Shown here piece after piece: positions 13,706 to 27,390 of a stretch of DNA of 64,000 nucleotides. Each line of letters begins with the position of its first letter. Position 1 is the stretch's first letter. The translations under genes were made by a program, and so were the position numbers. The notes beneath the pieces are model-generated. The model was not told the DNA's origin and searched no databases. It saw nothing but the letters and a program-made list of their open reading frames with translations. This stretch comes from Felis catus (Eukaryota): NCBI RefSeq assembly GCF_018350175.1, contig NC_058368.1:5332001-5396000 (forward strand), written 5' to 3'.

Positions 13706-14972
13706 TTTTTTTTTTTTTGAATTTTGATGGTGGCCATAGGTCCAGCTGCTAGCCTAGAGGTTCTCTGAGCTGAAGAGTGGCATCTGAGAAGAAGCTTCTG
13801 TGGAGGGTGGCAGCTTAATCACGGATATCCAAGGCTTCATGGGCACAGTGAGGGCTTGCTTTCTGAAAGAGGACTCCAGCATTCCCGAATAGTGTTTAGA
13901 GGGTATTTAGGTGACTAAATGTGTCTGTTCAAGTTGGGGTGGAGAATGGGAAAGGACGAAGGTGGAAGGGTGACCTAGAGGCTTGGGGAACTGTACTTAG
14001 TCTCCTTTCAAGTTTGTTTTCCTGGCCCAGATCCGTGGGTGAGGAAACAGCAGAGCAAGTGAGGTGAGCCTCGTGTCGGGGTCCCTCAGAATCCCAGGGA
14101 AGGCTCAGAAACGGCACGTGAGTGGATCTGAATTTAAATAAGAGACTTATTCATCTACTCATTCATTTAGCAAACAGCTTAAGGGCCTGGTTAATATCAG
14201 TCACCTTGCTAGGTACTGGGGGAAGAGACGAGTAAGAAAACATTCAGGGGATTTTTATTAGTTGGGGAAACAGATGTAAAATCATTAGGAGTCATTGTTT
14301 ACCTTTGTGGCGTGGGGGGGGGGGTACGATACCTCTCCCCAAGGAAGCGATTTCATTTTGTGTAGATGGAGGAGTCTGATCTCTTTGGTGGGTGTTGGGG
14401 CTAACAGAATCGTTGAAATGTGGGCATCGTGGGCACCCACAGTGAATGGCAACTCGCATTCACCTAGAGTGTGGGCTGGTGTAGAAAATGAGTGCACAGG
14501 GGGCAAATCCTCATTTGGAGAAGAGATCGTGGGGAGACACTCTACATTTGCTGCTGGGATCCCCAATCTTGAAATCTTGAAATACTGAGCTCAGTTAATT
14601 TGTACATCCGTACAGATGTTCTCTTCAAAGCTGAACCCGTGCATGGGTGCTGTTTCTGACCATCGGTTGCATGCTCGGTCCTCTTTTGGCATTCGAGTGG
14701 AGACCTGAGATGTATCAGGATCCTCTAACAGGAGCATTTCCTGCCCCGGGGCCGATGGCATGCATTTCTGGAAGGAACCCTACTCTCTGGAGAAGTTAGT
14801 GCTGCTTTTTTTTCATCCATTGCCACCTCACCGTCTGCCGTCCTGAGCCAGATTTCCTTTCATTCCAGTGGGAAGGCCGTCGAGAGTAGTGGGGCAGGGC
14901 CAGCACTATTTTCATAAGGGAATCCCTGGCTCAGTGAGGTTATCATAAGCATCGATGAACACATGGAGACTT

Positions 14973-15183
14973 AAAAAAAATTTTTTTTAACGTTTATTTT
15001 TGAGACAGAGACAGAGCATGAATGGGGGAGGGGCAGAGAGAGAGGGAGACACAGAATCGGAAGCAGGCGCCAGGCTCTGAGCCATCAGCCCAGAGCCCGA
15101 CGCGGGGCTCGAACTCACGGACCGTGAGATTGTGACCTGAGCCAAAGTTGGATGCTTAACCGACTGAGCCACCCAGGCGCCCC
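14973..15183 (-). mobile_element. Can-SINE
   Basis: TSD gaacacatggagactt (14957-14972 / 15184-15199). Confidence 0.95.
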
Positions 15184-16149
15184 GAACACATGGAGACTTT
15201 AAAGGATATTTTAATAATCTGGACACTCAGAGTTCACTGAGGGTGTGATACGGCCATGGACTGGAGAATTTATTTTCTATTATTTTAGCAAAAGCCAACT
15301 TGCCTATGTTCACCACTTTTTAAAGGTATGCTTGAAGCCTTCTAGGGTATTCTACATCTTGGCCACTGTGTTAATTACCCCACTGACATTTAACATGTAG
15401 CTCGACTATAAATAATGAGGACCATAGGCTACAGTATTTTTCTTTCAGAAAATCGGGATTAGATTTAATGTACTTCATGGATTTTTAAAACATTTTAAGT
15501 ACAGAGCCTCTGAGATCACTTGGTTATTTTGCCAAAATAGGATTGAGGAGAGGGAAGAAGCATTTCAGGATTTTAGCCTATGGATATCCCACATTCCTAT
15601 CTAAACTGTCTTGGGACCGTTGACTAAAATTAAAGCATTTGGGCCAAGAGAACCTTTGCTTTCCTCCCAAGGGAATACCTCCATATGCTACAGATTTTTT
15701 GTTTTTCCTGGGTCATCATTTCTGATTTTCTGGGTCCTTTAGGACTATGTTTTAAGCTTTGTGTAGGCTGATAGCCAAGGTGGAATTTGCCTATTAAAGA
15801 ATCCACCAACGGAAAATTTCAAGGAACAAGTTCATGTGGTCCTTTGTTTACATTGCTAACCAATGACTTCCTATTTGTGGGATAATTTCCCAAAGATTTA
15901 CCAAGGAAGAACACATATGGGTTTTTCTTTTTTTTTTTTTTTTTTGAGTCATTATGCCTAAGACTTTTGAGCTTGAGTCTTGAAGAAGAAATTATTTGTA
16001 TTTGTATTTAAGTACTTTATAGCTGTGATTTGGCGTGCCAATTTTAGACATGCCTACTTTTCTATGTTTTACAGTCATCGAATACTCATTTCTAGATATA
16101 GAAAGCATTTTGTGCAGATTAAAATCTATTAAATGGAGGACAGGTATTT

Positions 16150-16390
16150 TGTGATTAGGAGGTACCTTAAATAGGCAAATTCATAGAGGCAGAGCAGAAT
16201 AGAGGTTATTAGGGGTCGGGGAAGGTGAGAATGGGGAGTTACTATTTGACGGGTACAGAGTTTGGGAAAATGGGAGTTTTGGGTGTAGACATAGTCGTGG
16301 GTACACAGCAGTGTGTCTTTAATGTCCCTGAATCATGCCCTTACAGATGGTTAAAATGATAAATAGTATCTATTTTTCCACATGCAAAAG
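16150..16390 (+). mobile_element. Old L1 (L1MB-like) 3' end fragment
   Basis: 'ataggcaaattcatagaggcagag...ggggagttactatttgacgggtacagagttt...atggttaaaatg' L1 3'UTR motifs. Confidence 0.75.
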
Positions 16391-17267
16391 CTTTAACTTC
16401 TAAAAAGATACATATACATGCATGCGTGCCTTGTCCAACAATCATTTCTTCGAAGTTATAAAAGCCTTTTCTTGGAAGTTATAGAAAAGAAAAAGTTTAT
16501 TTGCAAACATGGAACACTCGTTTCAAATATATTGCAAACCTCTCATCCGTAGGCTGTGCATGGTTTGTCTCCTTTCCCTCATTTATTAGAGAATGCCAGG
16601 TTAACTAGAGAACCAAAGTTAGAACAGTTTTGTTTTAGGGATTTTTCCTTTTTGGATCTTTAAGAATGTTGTCTGGCCTACCACTCAAAGTGGAAACTTA
16701 ATTTGAGTGTGTGTGCGACTGTTCTTATTAGCTGTCAGAAAGATTTTACTATTTGCCATGAATCAAAGACCCTCTTTCCCACTACACTGTGGGATGAGAT
16801 GTTGTGCCAGCTACGATCGTTCTCAGAGGCAGGAGAAAGCGGTCTTTTCTTGTCCCCCCCGCATGCTACGTTTTTATGTATCGTGTGTTTCTAGCTCATG
16901 AAATCGTTGAATTGTCTGTGGAACCGGTTGTTGCTGAGAACCATTTATATCAAAGAGCGAAAACAATAAGCTCGGGTCAATTAATTACCAGTGTAAGGCA
17001 CAGTATGAAAGCCAGAGTCGTCCTTGGGAGCCTGTAAATACTTCCTTCAGTTCCTGCCGCCTAGGCCAATATTGCCAAAGACCAGGCCCAAGACCTAATG
17101 GTCAAAGTGGCAGAACTTCTTAGAAAGCTGAATTGGAAGCCTCACAAAGTCATCCGCATCAAAGTCTGGTAGGATCGAGACCCTGGGACTAGGGTTGGGC
17201 TCTTCTGGGTAGATGCACCTGTTCCTCTGTAACTTCTGGGCCTGCGGACGTGGCCACCTGCCCTTAG

Positions 17268-17378
17268 GTTAAAGAACAGACAAGGTGTAGAGGAAATGCT
17301 AGGACAGACGATGGAAGAGAAAGAGCAGGGACTCACCCGTCTGGCGAGTCCGCTCTCGGTGTACTGATCCAACGTAGA
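17268..17378. repeat. Dispersed direct repeat, copy 1 (111 bp)
   Basis: Matches 19101-19207 with 2 substitutions and one 4-bp indel. Confidence 0.95.
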
Positions 17379-18569
17379 AGATGCTAGCTTCCTTCCCCCT
17401 GCTCCTTGACCAGGTCTCAGCTAAAGCAGATGGTCTTGCTGCAAAGTGCTGATCTTCCTCCGGGTCTGCCCCCACCTCCCACCTGAGCCACTAGATCAAG
17501 CCTGGGGGCACATTTCAGCACAGCAGACGGGGGTGATGATGGCCCGCTAGTTTGGAAGAGGGGTTATTCACCAAAGGGGCTGCAGGGCCTGGTAATTGCT
17601 ACCAGTGAGAACTGGGAGAGCGTGACTGAGAGAGGGACATGATCGAAAGCTGCACGAGAGAGAGAGTGTTGGAGTGTGGGACTCTTCTGCTCTCTCTTGG
17701 AGAGCCAGTTCTCTGAGCCGCTTTGACGACTCTTAGAAACTCGGAAGGAGTGGTGGCCTTTATATAAAAAGTAACTTATTTTCACTGTAGAAACACTTAG
17801 AGAATACGGAGTATTTTTTTAACCCCCTAAATCGCTTCTGTCCTTTGCTGCCAAGTACTGTTAACATTTCCGTCTATTCCTTTCTGTTATCTTTCTCTGT
17901 GTGCACATGTGAACACACACAAAAATTCACTGCAGATGCCGAGATCGTGCTGCATGTAAAGTTTTTACTAATCCTACCTTCTCAAGAAATTAACAGTATA
18001 AATGTATCTGCAAACACTGATATTCCTGGAGGTGATCACCTTTAATTTCAGCAAACGATTCCCTGCTATGTCAGAGTCACTGGAGGTGATTCCCCAGCAC
18101 CCTTTGCCGTGTAGACCTTGGGGAATTTGTAAATCCTCTAACTTACTTGATTTCACTGAACCGTAGTTGAACGTGCATTTTCTTTTCCAGAAGGTGGATA
18201 AGAAGTAGCCGTGTGAGCTGTTATGATTCGCTGCCGCATGGCTGCTCTTCAGTCTCATTGACGGGTCGGGGGAAACTCAAAATGTTTTCAGATACTGATC
18301 ACGGTCCATTTGTGACTGAGAAACTAAAAACAAAAACTCTGCAGAAATCAGAAAACATAGAGTTGCTTCCTGATCAGTGAAAAGACAAATCTGTCTCAAA
18401 TTTATAGCCAGCTGCCTATCAAAAAGTGAAATATAAAAGACCTTCCTTGGCGTTAAAATAACGTGAGGACAAGGAGGCCCGGTATCACCCCTGGCTTTGA
18501 ACATCGTCTCTAGAGTGCTAGCCTGAGTGGGCCAGTAAGAACTCAAGTGTATATGTTAGAAAAGAAAAG

Positions 18570-19100
18570 GAAAGTGCCGTCATCTGTGGATGATGTGATA
18601 ATTGTCTGCCTTAAAACCCAGGAGAGTCAACTGAAACTCGGAGAGCTGGTAAGGGGTTCATTACAAGCGACATTAAATGCACTTACAAAACTCAGTGTTG
18701 GTCCTTACATCTGAACAGGCTCTTATGAAATATAATAGAAATAAGATCCTATTCATAACATAAAAAGCAATAGATAAGATGTCTAGTACAGTTCTCACAT
18801 ACAGTAGGCATGTAGGTATTTTTTGAATGAATAAAAAATTAACAAGATTAATAAAATATGCCAGGGCCTATAGCTAGAAGTATTAGAAGCCTTTAATCAA
18901 TAGGAAAGTTTTCTGTATTCTCAGATGGGTAAACAGTATTAGGATGGCATTTCTCCGTTATTTGTATAATCTAATCCCAATGAAAATCATGAGTGTGTGT
19001 GTAGGATGGGAGAAATATATTAAATACATATCCAGGACGGCTTTTTTTTTTTTTTAAGTAATAAGGATGCACTGCCTTATAGCTTTTAAGCAATTATTAC
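18570..19100 (+). mobile_element. Highly degraded old L1 ORF2 fragment
   Basis: 'catctgtggatgatgtgatattgtctgcc' (FADD-like region), 'aatcccaatgaaaatc'; boundaries approximate. Confidence 0.55.
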
Positions 19101-19207
19101 GTTAAAGAACAGACAAGGTGTAGAGGAAATGCTAGGACGATGGAAGAGAAAGAGCAGGGACTCACCCGCCTGGCGAGTCCGCTCTCGGTATACTGATCCA
19201 ACGTAGA
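19101..19207. repeat. Dispersed direct repeat, copy 2 (107 bp)
   Basis: Matches 17268-17378. Confidence 0.95.
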
Positions 19208-19820
19208 CTTGAACGCCTTCCGTCTGCTGGGCCTGGGGTTACGTTCTTGAGGAAGACAGATGACCTTCTGGCACGCCGGGGTCTCCCAGACGTGGGGAAG
19301 CCGCACGTGAGCGGCAGGATCGTTCGAGGCGTTTGGAACAAGGGAGGCGGGGGCTGGGGGAACTCTAGGAGGGGCGCGTGCTGCCTCCTCGCTCTCCTCT
19401 GACCCCAGGGTTAGTACATTAAGAACGATGTTCCGAGACGGTACATCTCGGTGGTAGGGGACTTCTCACGTGAAGTGACTGTCGAATGGAAGCAGGGAGG
19501 ATGAGTAAGAACTGGCTGTGAGCAGGTGGAGGGGGCAAGGGGCAGTGGGACAGGCGGAGGCCTGTCGGAAGACCTACGGACCAGACCGGCTGGTGGAGCA
19601 CCCAGTAGGGGAGAGGCGGGAGGAGGTGGAGCTGGGTGGAGAGCAGCTGCCACCCAGAGGGTGGCATCGTGGGGGACGTGGGGTCCACGCTAGGGCCTCG
19701 ACCTGTGTTCAAAAGGGGGCCGAAAGCCGGTAGCGGGCTCTAAGCAGGGGATGGCCGAATCTAACCCTGCTGTATGTCAGCGGTGTTTTAACAGATGACC
19801 GCCTTGCCTTATGTCTGTAG

Positions 19821-20123
<303 letters not shown>

Positions 20124-20924
20124 TAACACTGTGACCACAAGGGGAGGCCCCAGGCCATCTTGCAGCTCCTAGCAGAAGTCCCTTGCAAAAATAACATAGC
20201 AATCACTATTGCTCATAAGAGGCTACATGCAGTGGAAGAGAGATCAAATCATAATTTCAGCTTGGAACATACCTGTCTTTGAGTCCTCTGAAAATTTGTT
20301 GGAGTGTATTGTGAATGTTGTGCCATGTATGTGTCAGTGATTTTCAGTTTACCGGAACGTTTAACCTGAACGCTACTATTCTCCAATAATTTTGAGTAAA
20401 GGAAAAATCATCATAAAGCAAAAAAAAAAGTCCCTGCACTGGACAAAACTCTCAGAGGAGGGTGGCCTGGCTTCCCTGTTCACCCTCTGCCCATCGTAGA
20501 TTCTCCAGCTGCTGATGAAGCTGGGTGCTGACTCTCGACCCGCTTCCTGGAGCTCTGAATCCTACCATACTAGAAGTGAAACGCTGCCTCGCTCGGACGA
20601 GATGGGTTAGTCAGGAAGCCATGGGAATGTAGCTTAAGTTCCTTAAGGAGAACTTGACCCCAATGGAGGATAGTAGGTATACCAGCACTCTTGTCCCGAC
20701 GATCAGCTTCAGGTCCTGTCTTTCCCGCCTAACGAAAGTGCTGCCTTCAGGATCCTGGTGGCGGACTGAGCGAGCGCCTCCTGAATCCTGACTCCTTACC
20801 CTTGTGTGCTTAGGCCGGGCCTCTCTAGCTGCTGCCGATCTGCTTAATGTGTAAAATAGTACATGCTCCACAGAATTCTGCCATTACCTGTGATTAGTCA
20901 ATGCTTCGTGAACTCTATTGACAG

Positions 20925-21007
20925 ATGAAGCCGCTTTGGTGAAGGGAGCTAGGAAGCTGGGTTTTGTCTTCACTGCCAGAACGCCGTACTCGGTCATCAT
21001 AGAAGCC
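20925..21007 (+). CDS. ATP8A2: ATP8A2 exon (~18, 83 nt): (D)[27 protein letters not shown]
   Basis: Acceptor ctattgacag|, donor GCC|gtaagt. Confidence 0.95.
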
Positions 21008-23795
21008 GTAAGTGACGAGCCCGGGTACCTCTTGACATTGTATGTCGCCTCCTTTTTTGAAGACTGTGTTTGAAATAGCATGTCTGATGTAAACATGATA
21101 GCTACATTTCTTCTTCTTTTTTTCCCTGGGACCGTGAGGATTAGGGCCTGTTGCAAAACTGTGGGCATGATGGGATTCTGTCAGTTTATTCATGTTGTGT
21201 TGCGGGCATTTTTCTCCCAGAGACGCTTGTCCACAAGTCTTGCATGTGCTGGTGTGATTTGTAGTAAAGAACCTAGCAAGCCTGCTCTTGGTTTTGTCAT
21301 AGGGAAATAAGCACGTGGCCCACTTGTCCTGAGGACAGGATCTGTGACTCTGTCTCTGTAACCTTGGCACGTAGAGTTCTTGCCCAGCACAGCCCTTGGC
21401 GCATTAGCTTCGGTCTCCCTGGCGGGAGGAGAGGCGAGTTGGCGCTTAAGATCTTTGTTATTTACACGAGTTTTTCTTTTCCCTACAGTCAAGGGATTTG
21501 TTTATTTTATGATTGTTTTGTTCTCTGTTTGGTTTTTTTGAGTTTGGCTGCTCAGGAAGCCTGAGGGAGAAATTTGGTGACAGGAAAAAATGGAAATCAA
21601 GTATAACATCCAGTAGGGACCCTTGAGGCAGGTAATGGGGGAAATCGATGGTTGGGACTGGCAATGCCCTGGCATTTTTGATGCTGACCGTTAGAGGGGC
21701 TGCATTTCGCTACAGTCTGTGTTGATGAGGGGACTGGAAGCAGTCACTGCCTTCTCTCTCCTCTGCCTTCCTGCACCCCTCAATTTGGGGAGGACTGACG
21801 GATTATAACGGTTTTTGCCTTTATGTATCTTGTGTCTCTAGACCTTGCTGATGCACTTGAAATTCACTACTAACTTACATAGCTGTTATCGTTCCTAACT
21901 TGGCAGTGCTCCATTTTTTTCTTGTACTTAGAAATGCGAAACCTAGAAAATACCAGACCTCGACAGAGTGCCCATTTCTTGGCGTTTTTGGGTTCCTGTC
22001 TTCTGGAGGACAGAGATGAAATCATAATCATTTTTAGTTCATTTTAATCACCAGCAAGTCTCGCTTAGGGACAGGTGCAGTCATTAGAGGTGGAGCCAAG
22101 CAACAGACTGAATACAGAATTTCCTTTGTGGAAGGTTTTCAAGCCTTTGCCCCCCCTCAGTTTGGGGAGACTCAGAACCTTCGCTGTACGATCTGCTGTC
22201 GCACCAGTGCTGCTGGCTTCTGTGCATTTCGGCGATGGGGACTGGAGGCGGGACGGACTGACTGGGCACGAGTGGGAGAGACAAGGAAACAAGGCTGCTT
22301 CTGCTTTGCTCACAAGAGCGGCTAAATATAGGGAAGCCAGGGAGCCCACTGACCTTGTCATCACGGTGGTAGATGTCGGTGAAGGGTGGATGGGCACCCC
22401 TCTGTCATTTTATTAGCCCATTAAGGCCACGTGTCTGGGAGTACATGAGACTCTCTGACTAGTTCAGGGCCATAAATAATACCTTCGAGATCCCGTTCAG
22501 CCAGAGTGTCCTCAAACCCCACCTTCTCAAGTTGGTTACCAGCTGTTGCCATGAAGTGGCCGCTACTGATCATCTTAATGGTCGAGTCCGTGGGATGCAC
22601 GTGGTTGCCCAGTGGTTGATCTGAGAGCAGAGAGGGGTTAGCACCTGGCGGTCACAGCGCTTGGGCCGATTTGCGGGGTAATGGTGGGGACGCTTCTGAG
22701 TGGGCCTCTGAGGAAGTTGGGGCAGCCTGAGGAGAAAGAACCGGATGAGGAGGGTCACGGGTTGTATCTCTGGGTGTGAGGGGAGTTGTGCACAGGAGAG
22801 TAATGATGCCTCAGGTTTCCCTGGATAATTGGCTTCATTCATTACTTCTCTCAAGCCTGAGGGACACGTTCGTGAGGAGGCCACACGCTCAGTGGCAGAA
22901 ATAAGATTCTGACTCCTACCTATGGAACTTCAAGGCCCACGTGCTTTTCACCGTGATGTATTGGGGAAATAGAGAGCAGGTTTGATTAAGGAGTTTGGCA
23001 ACGGTCCACACAGCCTGGAACCTTCCGGGAAAAATCGAGAACATTGAGGTTCCAGCTTTGAAGAACTTGAAGAAAAATAACATTTGATGAATTGCTCTAA
23101 AATCTTATGCAGATCCATAATCCTTATTTCTAAATTGCGAATCCAGGAAGCTTTGGATTCCAAAAAAGTTTTCTCCTGTATTTGGGGAATAGGCATCTGG
23201 CAGCAAAACTTAGCCAGAACTGACATGAGGCCGTTTATGGTCTTAGGAATCTCCGTGTCCTACGTTTTGCTGTGGAAAATTGATGTGTTGGATTTTAGGG
23301 CGTTGTGGCCACATAAGCCTCTGGGGAAATCATGCCACATGGTGTATGTGTGCATTTTAATAAAATGTATAAAATTCTGAATTCAGAAGCATGACTGGCC
23401 CCAAGGTTTCAGGTGTTCTTGGAAGGGAGGGTCAGCCAGCTGTTGTGATGTCCTAGAGAAGAATGAGAAGCTTCTACCAGAAGGGGGAGCTATGACCCCA
23501 CCTGACTGGCTTGTGAGAAGCCTGTACCTGTTGAAAAGGCCTTGGCAGGGGGGATAGAGATGGAGAGAGAATGAGGTGGGGAGGAGGGAGAGCGGGAGAG
23601 GTAATCGATGTGCATGTATTACAGAGAGGGAGGGTGAGAGGGATATGTGTGTGTGGATTATATACAGAAAGAGCGCTGGGAGGAGGAGGAGGGACGGGGA
23701 GATGTGTGTATAGAGAGGTTTACGATTGGGGAGACTGTTGTTTTGAGATTTTAATACTTGGCACCTCAGGTAAGAGCCTGTTTTTCTTCCTTTAG

Positions 23796-23845
23796 ATGGG
23801 ACAGGAACAGACATTTGGAATCCTTAACGTCCTGGAATTTTCTAG
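23796..23845 (+). CDS. ATP8A2: ATP8A2 exon (~19, 50 nt): MGQEQTFGILNVLEFS(S)
   Basis: Acceptor tttttcttcctttag|, donor AG|gtatgc. Confidence 0.95.
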
Positions 23846-24624
23846 GTATGCTCCTCCTTCATGCGCCGGAATAAAATACTTCCGTATATATTTAACAGCA
23901 TCAGAGTGTTTGCAAGATTGTATGATCTGATTAAATACAGCACTTAGGTATTAAAGTTAGTGAGTAGATCTCCACAGTCCCTCTCCTGTCTGGAATTTGG
24001 GACTTTCTGTAAAGAGAGTGAAGCAGGTCATTTTCCTGTGCGCGCGCGCGCGTGTTTTCCCCGAGTGAAGCACTGTGCTCCCACAGCCTCCTGTTTCTGT
24101 AGATTTCCAGACCCGCTGTTCCGGCATCAGCAGCCGCGGACACGTCTGCACAGTTTGGAGTGTGTGGTGGGGAGGGCCTTATTTCTGTTGGTTTTTCCCA
24201 AGTCCCGTGAGGTGGTGCCTCGTGCTTTATCTAAGCACTCTCACGCCAGACCTGGGGCACTGACAAGCCAAGACAGGTGAGATCAGTCCATCCCCGTCGG
24301 AGGCTTTGTCCGAGTTGGGCAGTTGTTCTCTCTGTATGCCAGCTCATTCTTCCCCAGGGTGGTTTATCTAATTTTCAGACCCAGGAATATTTGTTGATTA
24401 TTTGCTTCCCTAGATCATTCCTGGTTTGTCCTTTTGAAAAATCCTAATGTTTTGTTTCTTGCCTTCTCAACACTGACTGTCAGTACGAGAGCAAAGTTCT
24501 TTTGCTACCTCGAGAGCCTGTTTTCCAATTATGAAACTTCGGGTTTTTTTAATAACCATTGTTAAATGATTTCACACCTTGTTTATTCTGTCTGCTTTAT
24601 AAGCTGTTTGAAAAAGATCAGTTT

Positions 24625-24835
24625 AAAAAAAATTTTTTTTTATGTTTATTTTTGAGAGAGAGAGACAGAGTGCGAATAGGGGAGGGGTAGAGAGAGGAGA
24701 CACAGGATCTGAAGCAGGTTCCAGGCTCTGAGCTGTCGGCACAGAGCCCGACACAGGGCTCAAACTCACGGACCATGGAGATTGTGACCTAAGCTGAAGT
24801 CAGACCCTTAACAGACTGAGCCACCCAGGCACTCC
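24625..24835 (-). mobile_element. Can-SINE
   Basis: TSD tgaaaaagatcagttt. Confidence 0.94.
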
Positions 24836-25269
24836 TGAAAAAGATCAGTTTTGTAACCCTCTTGTAGGAAATGCTTTCTAGCCCTAGTCTTTAGTTTTAG
24901 GACTGAAAACTTGAACTTTGGTGGGTCAAGAGCCCTTGTGGCTGCGTATTCAGAGGGGAAGAACGATGGTTGATAACAGCAGTGGTTCTTAGAGGGAGTA
25001 GGAGACAGTGTCCCTGTGGGTGGAGGTGAGGAACATACTAAACATTGCTCCGGACTTTTGGTGCCCCGTCTCTTACTGGTGTCCTGGAAACTGTGCTGTT
25101 ATGCTGCTGTGTTAACTGGGACCAGCAGTTTTTGGAGGGACACGGAGGAGGAAAGGGAATTAAATTAAAGCAGGTGAATATGGACGTGAGGAGGTTTTAA
25201 AAACTTATGGGAGAACATGCGGGAATAAAAGATCACTTATAGCTGTGGTTCTATTTCTTTTTAGTGGAC

Positions 25270-25430
25270 TCCTCTTCTTCCCAGTGCCACTTAATCGTGA
25301 CCACACTCCTTTGTGGTGCCTGGTGGCAGTCCTGCTTTGCACATTCAGAAACCGAAGTGCTGGGCAAACAACTTTGCCACGAGTCCCCGGCTACTAGGTG
25401 GCCGAGGGAGAATTCAAATCCAGGCCAGGC
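25270..25430 (-). mobile_element. MIR fragment
   Basis: 'cagaaaccgaagtgc...aactttgcc...gggagaattcaaatccaggc' MIR-like. Confidence 0.55.
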
Positions 25431-26264
25431 AGAGTGCTTAGGGTTAGGGTGTGGGAACTTAGACAGAGCTGGAGAGAGAATGTCCCTTAGTCTGAGGAGC
25501 TCATAGTCCATTGGAAATCCCCTTGCCGGGGTGGGTGGTGTGGGGCCCGCTGTGGTTAGGACGTGTTTCAGGAGGATGGAATGTTGTCTGCGAGAGGCAT
25601 GGGGCAGGAGCTTTGGGGGGGGGGTGCCGTGTCTTCCGGTGTGCTGGAGGCCTGCTGGTGAACGGGCGGGTTCGTGCGGGATGAGACCAGGCCGCAGAGG
25701 TGAGTGGAGGTCAGCAAGAATTGGAACCTGTAGGCAGTGGGGAGCCATTGAAGGCTCCGTGAGTGAGCATGAGTCATGATGAAAGACCAATGTAGGAGGG
25801 TCCGTGTCGGAGTGGGGAGGGCAGCAGTGAGGCTCACCTTAGTGCCGCGTGAGGAATGTTCTACGACTTTGTAATTGCTTTCTACTCCAGTTAAAAGAAG
25901 ACCCAACAAGGGGCTTTTGAGTTCAGCGGATGTCTATAGAAGCTTCCACTCTGTTGCTTACTGGGCAGATTACTAATATTTTGAGCCGTAGAACAAAAAC
26001 ACTTTTACGGAGTATCGTCAGGAGTAAATTAGATGTGCGTAGCGGACGGTCAAGTTTTCTGTTTCTGCTCTCCTGCTATACATAATTATATTAGTGAGTT
26101 TCCATGACAGGGAAAAAAAATAGGTTTATATCCACTGTGTGTAATAAAAAGAGTGGGAGGTATACAATTAAAGCCCACCTTTGAAGGAAAAGATAAGGAA
26201 AACGGAGTTTCTCCATTTTAGGGCTACCAGGCCATCTTTTGATGTGTTTGGTGCTTAATCATAG

Positions 26265-26405
<141 letters not shown>

Positions 26406-26767
26406 TGAGCGTCTCGTGTCTCGTGTAGCAGGTGCCCTTGGTGGCTCCTTTGTGAACCTGCTTGTCCTGACCGCTGTCGTCCTCGTGCCCTGGAAGTTTG
26501 CCCAAGGCTGAAAGGCTCTTTCAGATGGGCCATGAAATTGACTTGGTAGTAAAGGCCTACTGAAGACAGTGGCAGTTCAGGCCAGCGTGGCAACCGTGGC
26601 CCCTGAAAAGCTTCCTTTTAGCCAATAGGTGGTTTCAGAAATAGCACTTTGCCGTGTGATGCGAGATCCTTAGGGTGTGACTTGTGATTCTCGTTTTATC
26701 ACCATTATGTTGTGACTTCAGGAAGACGGAATGGTTCATAACGACCTGTGATGATCTTTTAAGTATT

Positions 26768-26794
26768 TGTGTGTGTGTGTGTGTGTGTGTGTGT
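26768..26794. repeat. (TG)n microsatellite
   Basis: Direct inspection. Confidence 0.95.
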
Positions 26795-27300
26795 TTGTTC
26801 TCAAACAGCTATTCGTAGTTGTTGTGTTTTGTGTTTTCATCACAGAGAGCTTTTCTGGGCTGTGTTGCTCAGTGTTTCTTAGCTGAAGTGGGTTCAGGGC
26901 CTAGTGGCTGGTGCACGCCATGGCTGGGAGCTCCTGCAGGGGCAAGAGTGTATTTGTGCAGTTTAGGATGTGCATGGTACCCTTTCCGCTTCTGCATAAA
27001 GGTGTTCTACACATCGGTACGTATTTTGCAAATTTGGGTAAATGTAGGTACCATTATATCTCTGACAGTTCTCTTGACACTTACGGTTCTCCCCAAAGTT
27101 TTTGTCTGGACACATCCATACCAGTTTGTTTTCCAAAGCTCATGAGTGAATCTGTCTGAGAACTGTATTTCTACTTGCCCGCTCAAGTACTCTCAAGTAT
27201 TCACATTGGATAAGCATCATTAAAACAAAGCTAGGTTTAGAATGCTGACCGCAGGGTTTACTTAAAGGTTTGCCAGTCACAATGTTTTTCTATTTTGTAG

Positions 27301-27390
<90 letters not shown>

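Noticed and set aside
23718..23769. Possible mutually exclusive duplicate of the 50-nt exon (VYDWGDCCFEILILGTS versus MGQEQTFGILNVLEFS) ending at the cryptic donor
   Set aside because: Similarity is limited to F-x-I-L, the upstream sequence is purine-rich with no pyrimidine tract, and the end phase (1) does not match the real exon (2).
25251..25790. Longest ORF in the track (179 aa, minus strand)
   Set aside because: It overlaps MIR/L2-like GC-rich remnants, has no recognisable domain, and is of a length expected by chance.
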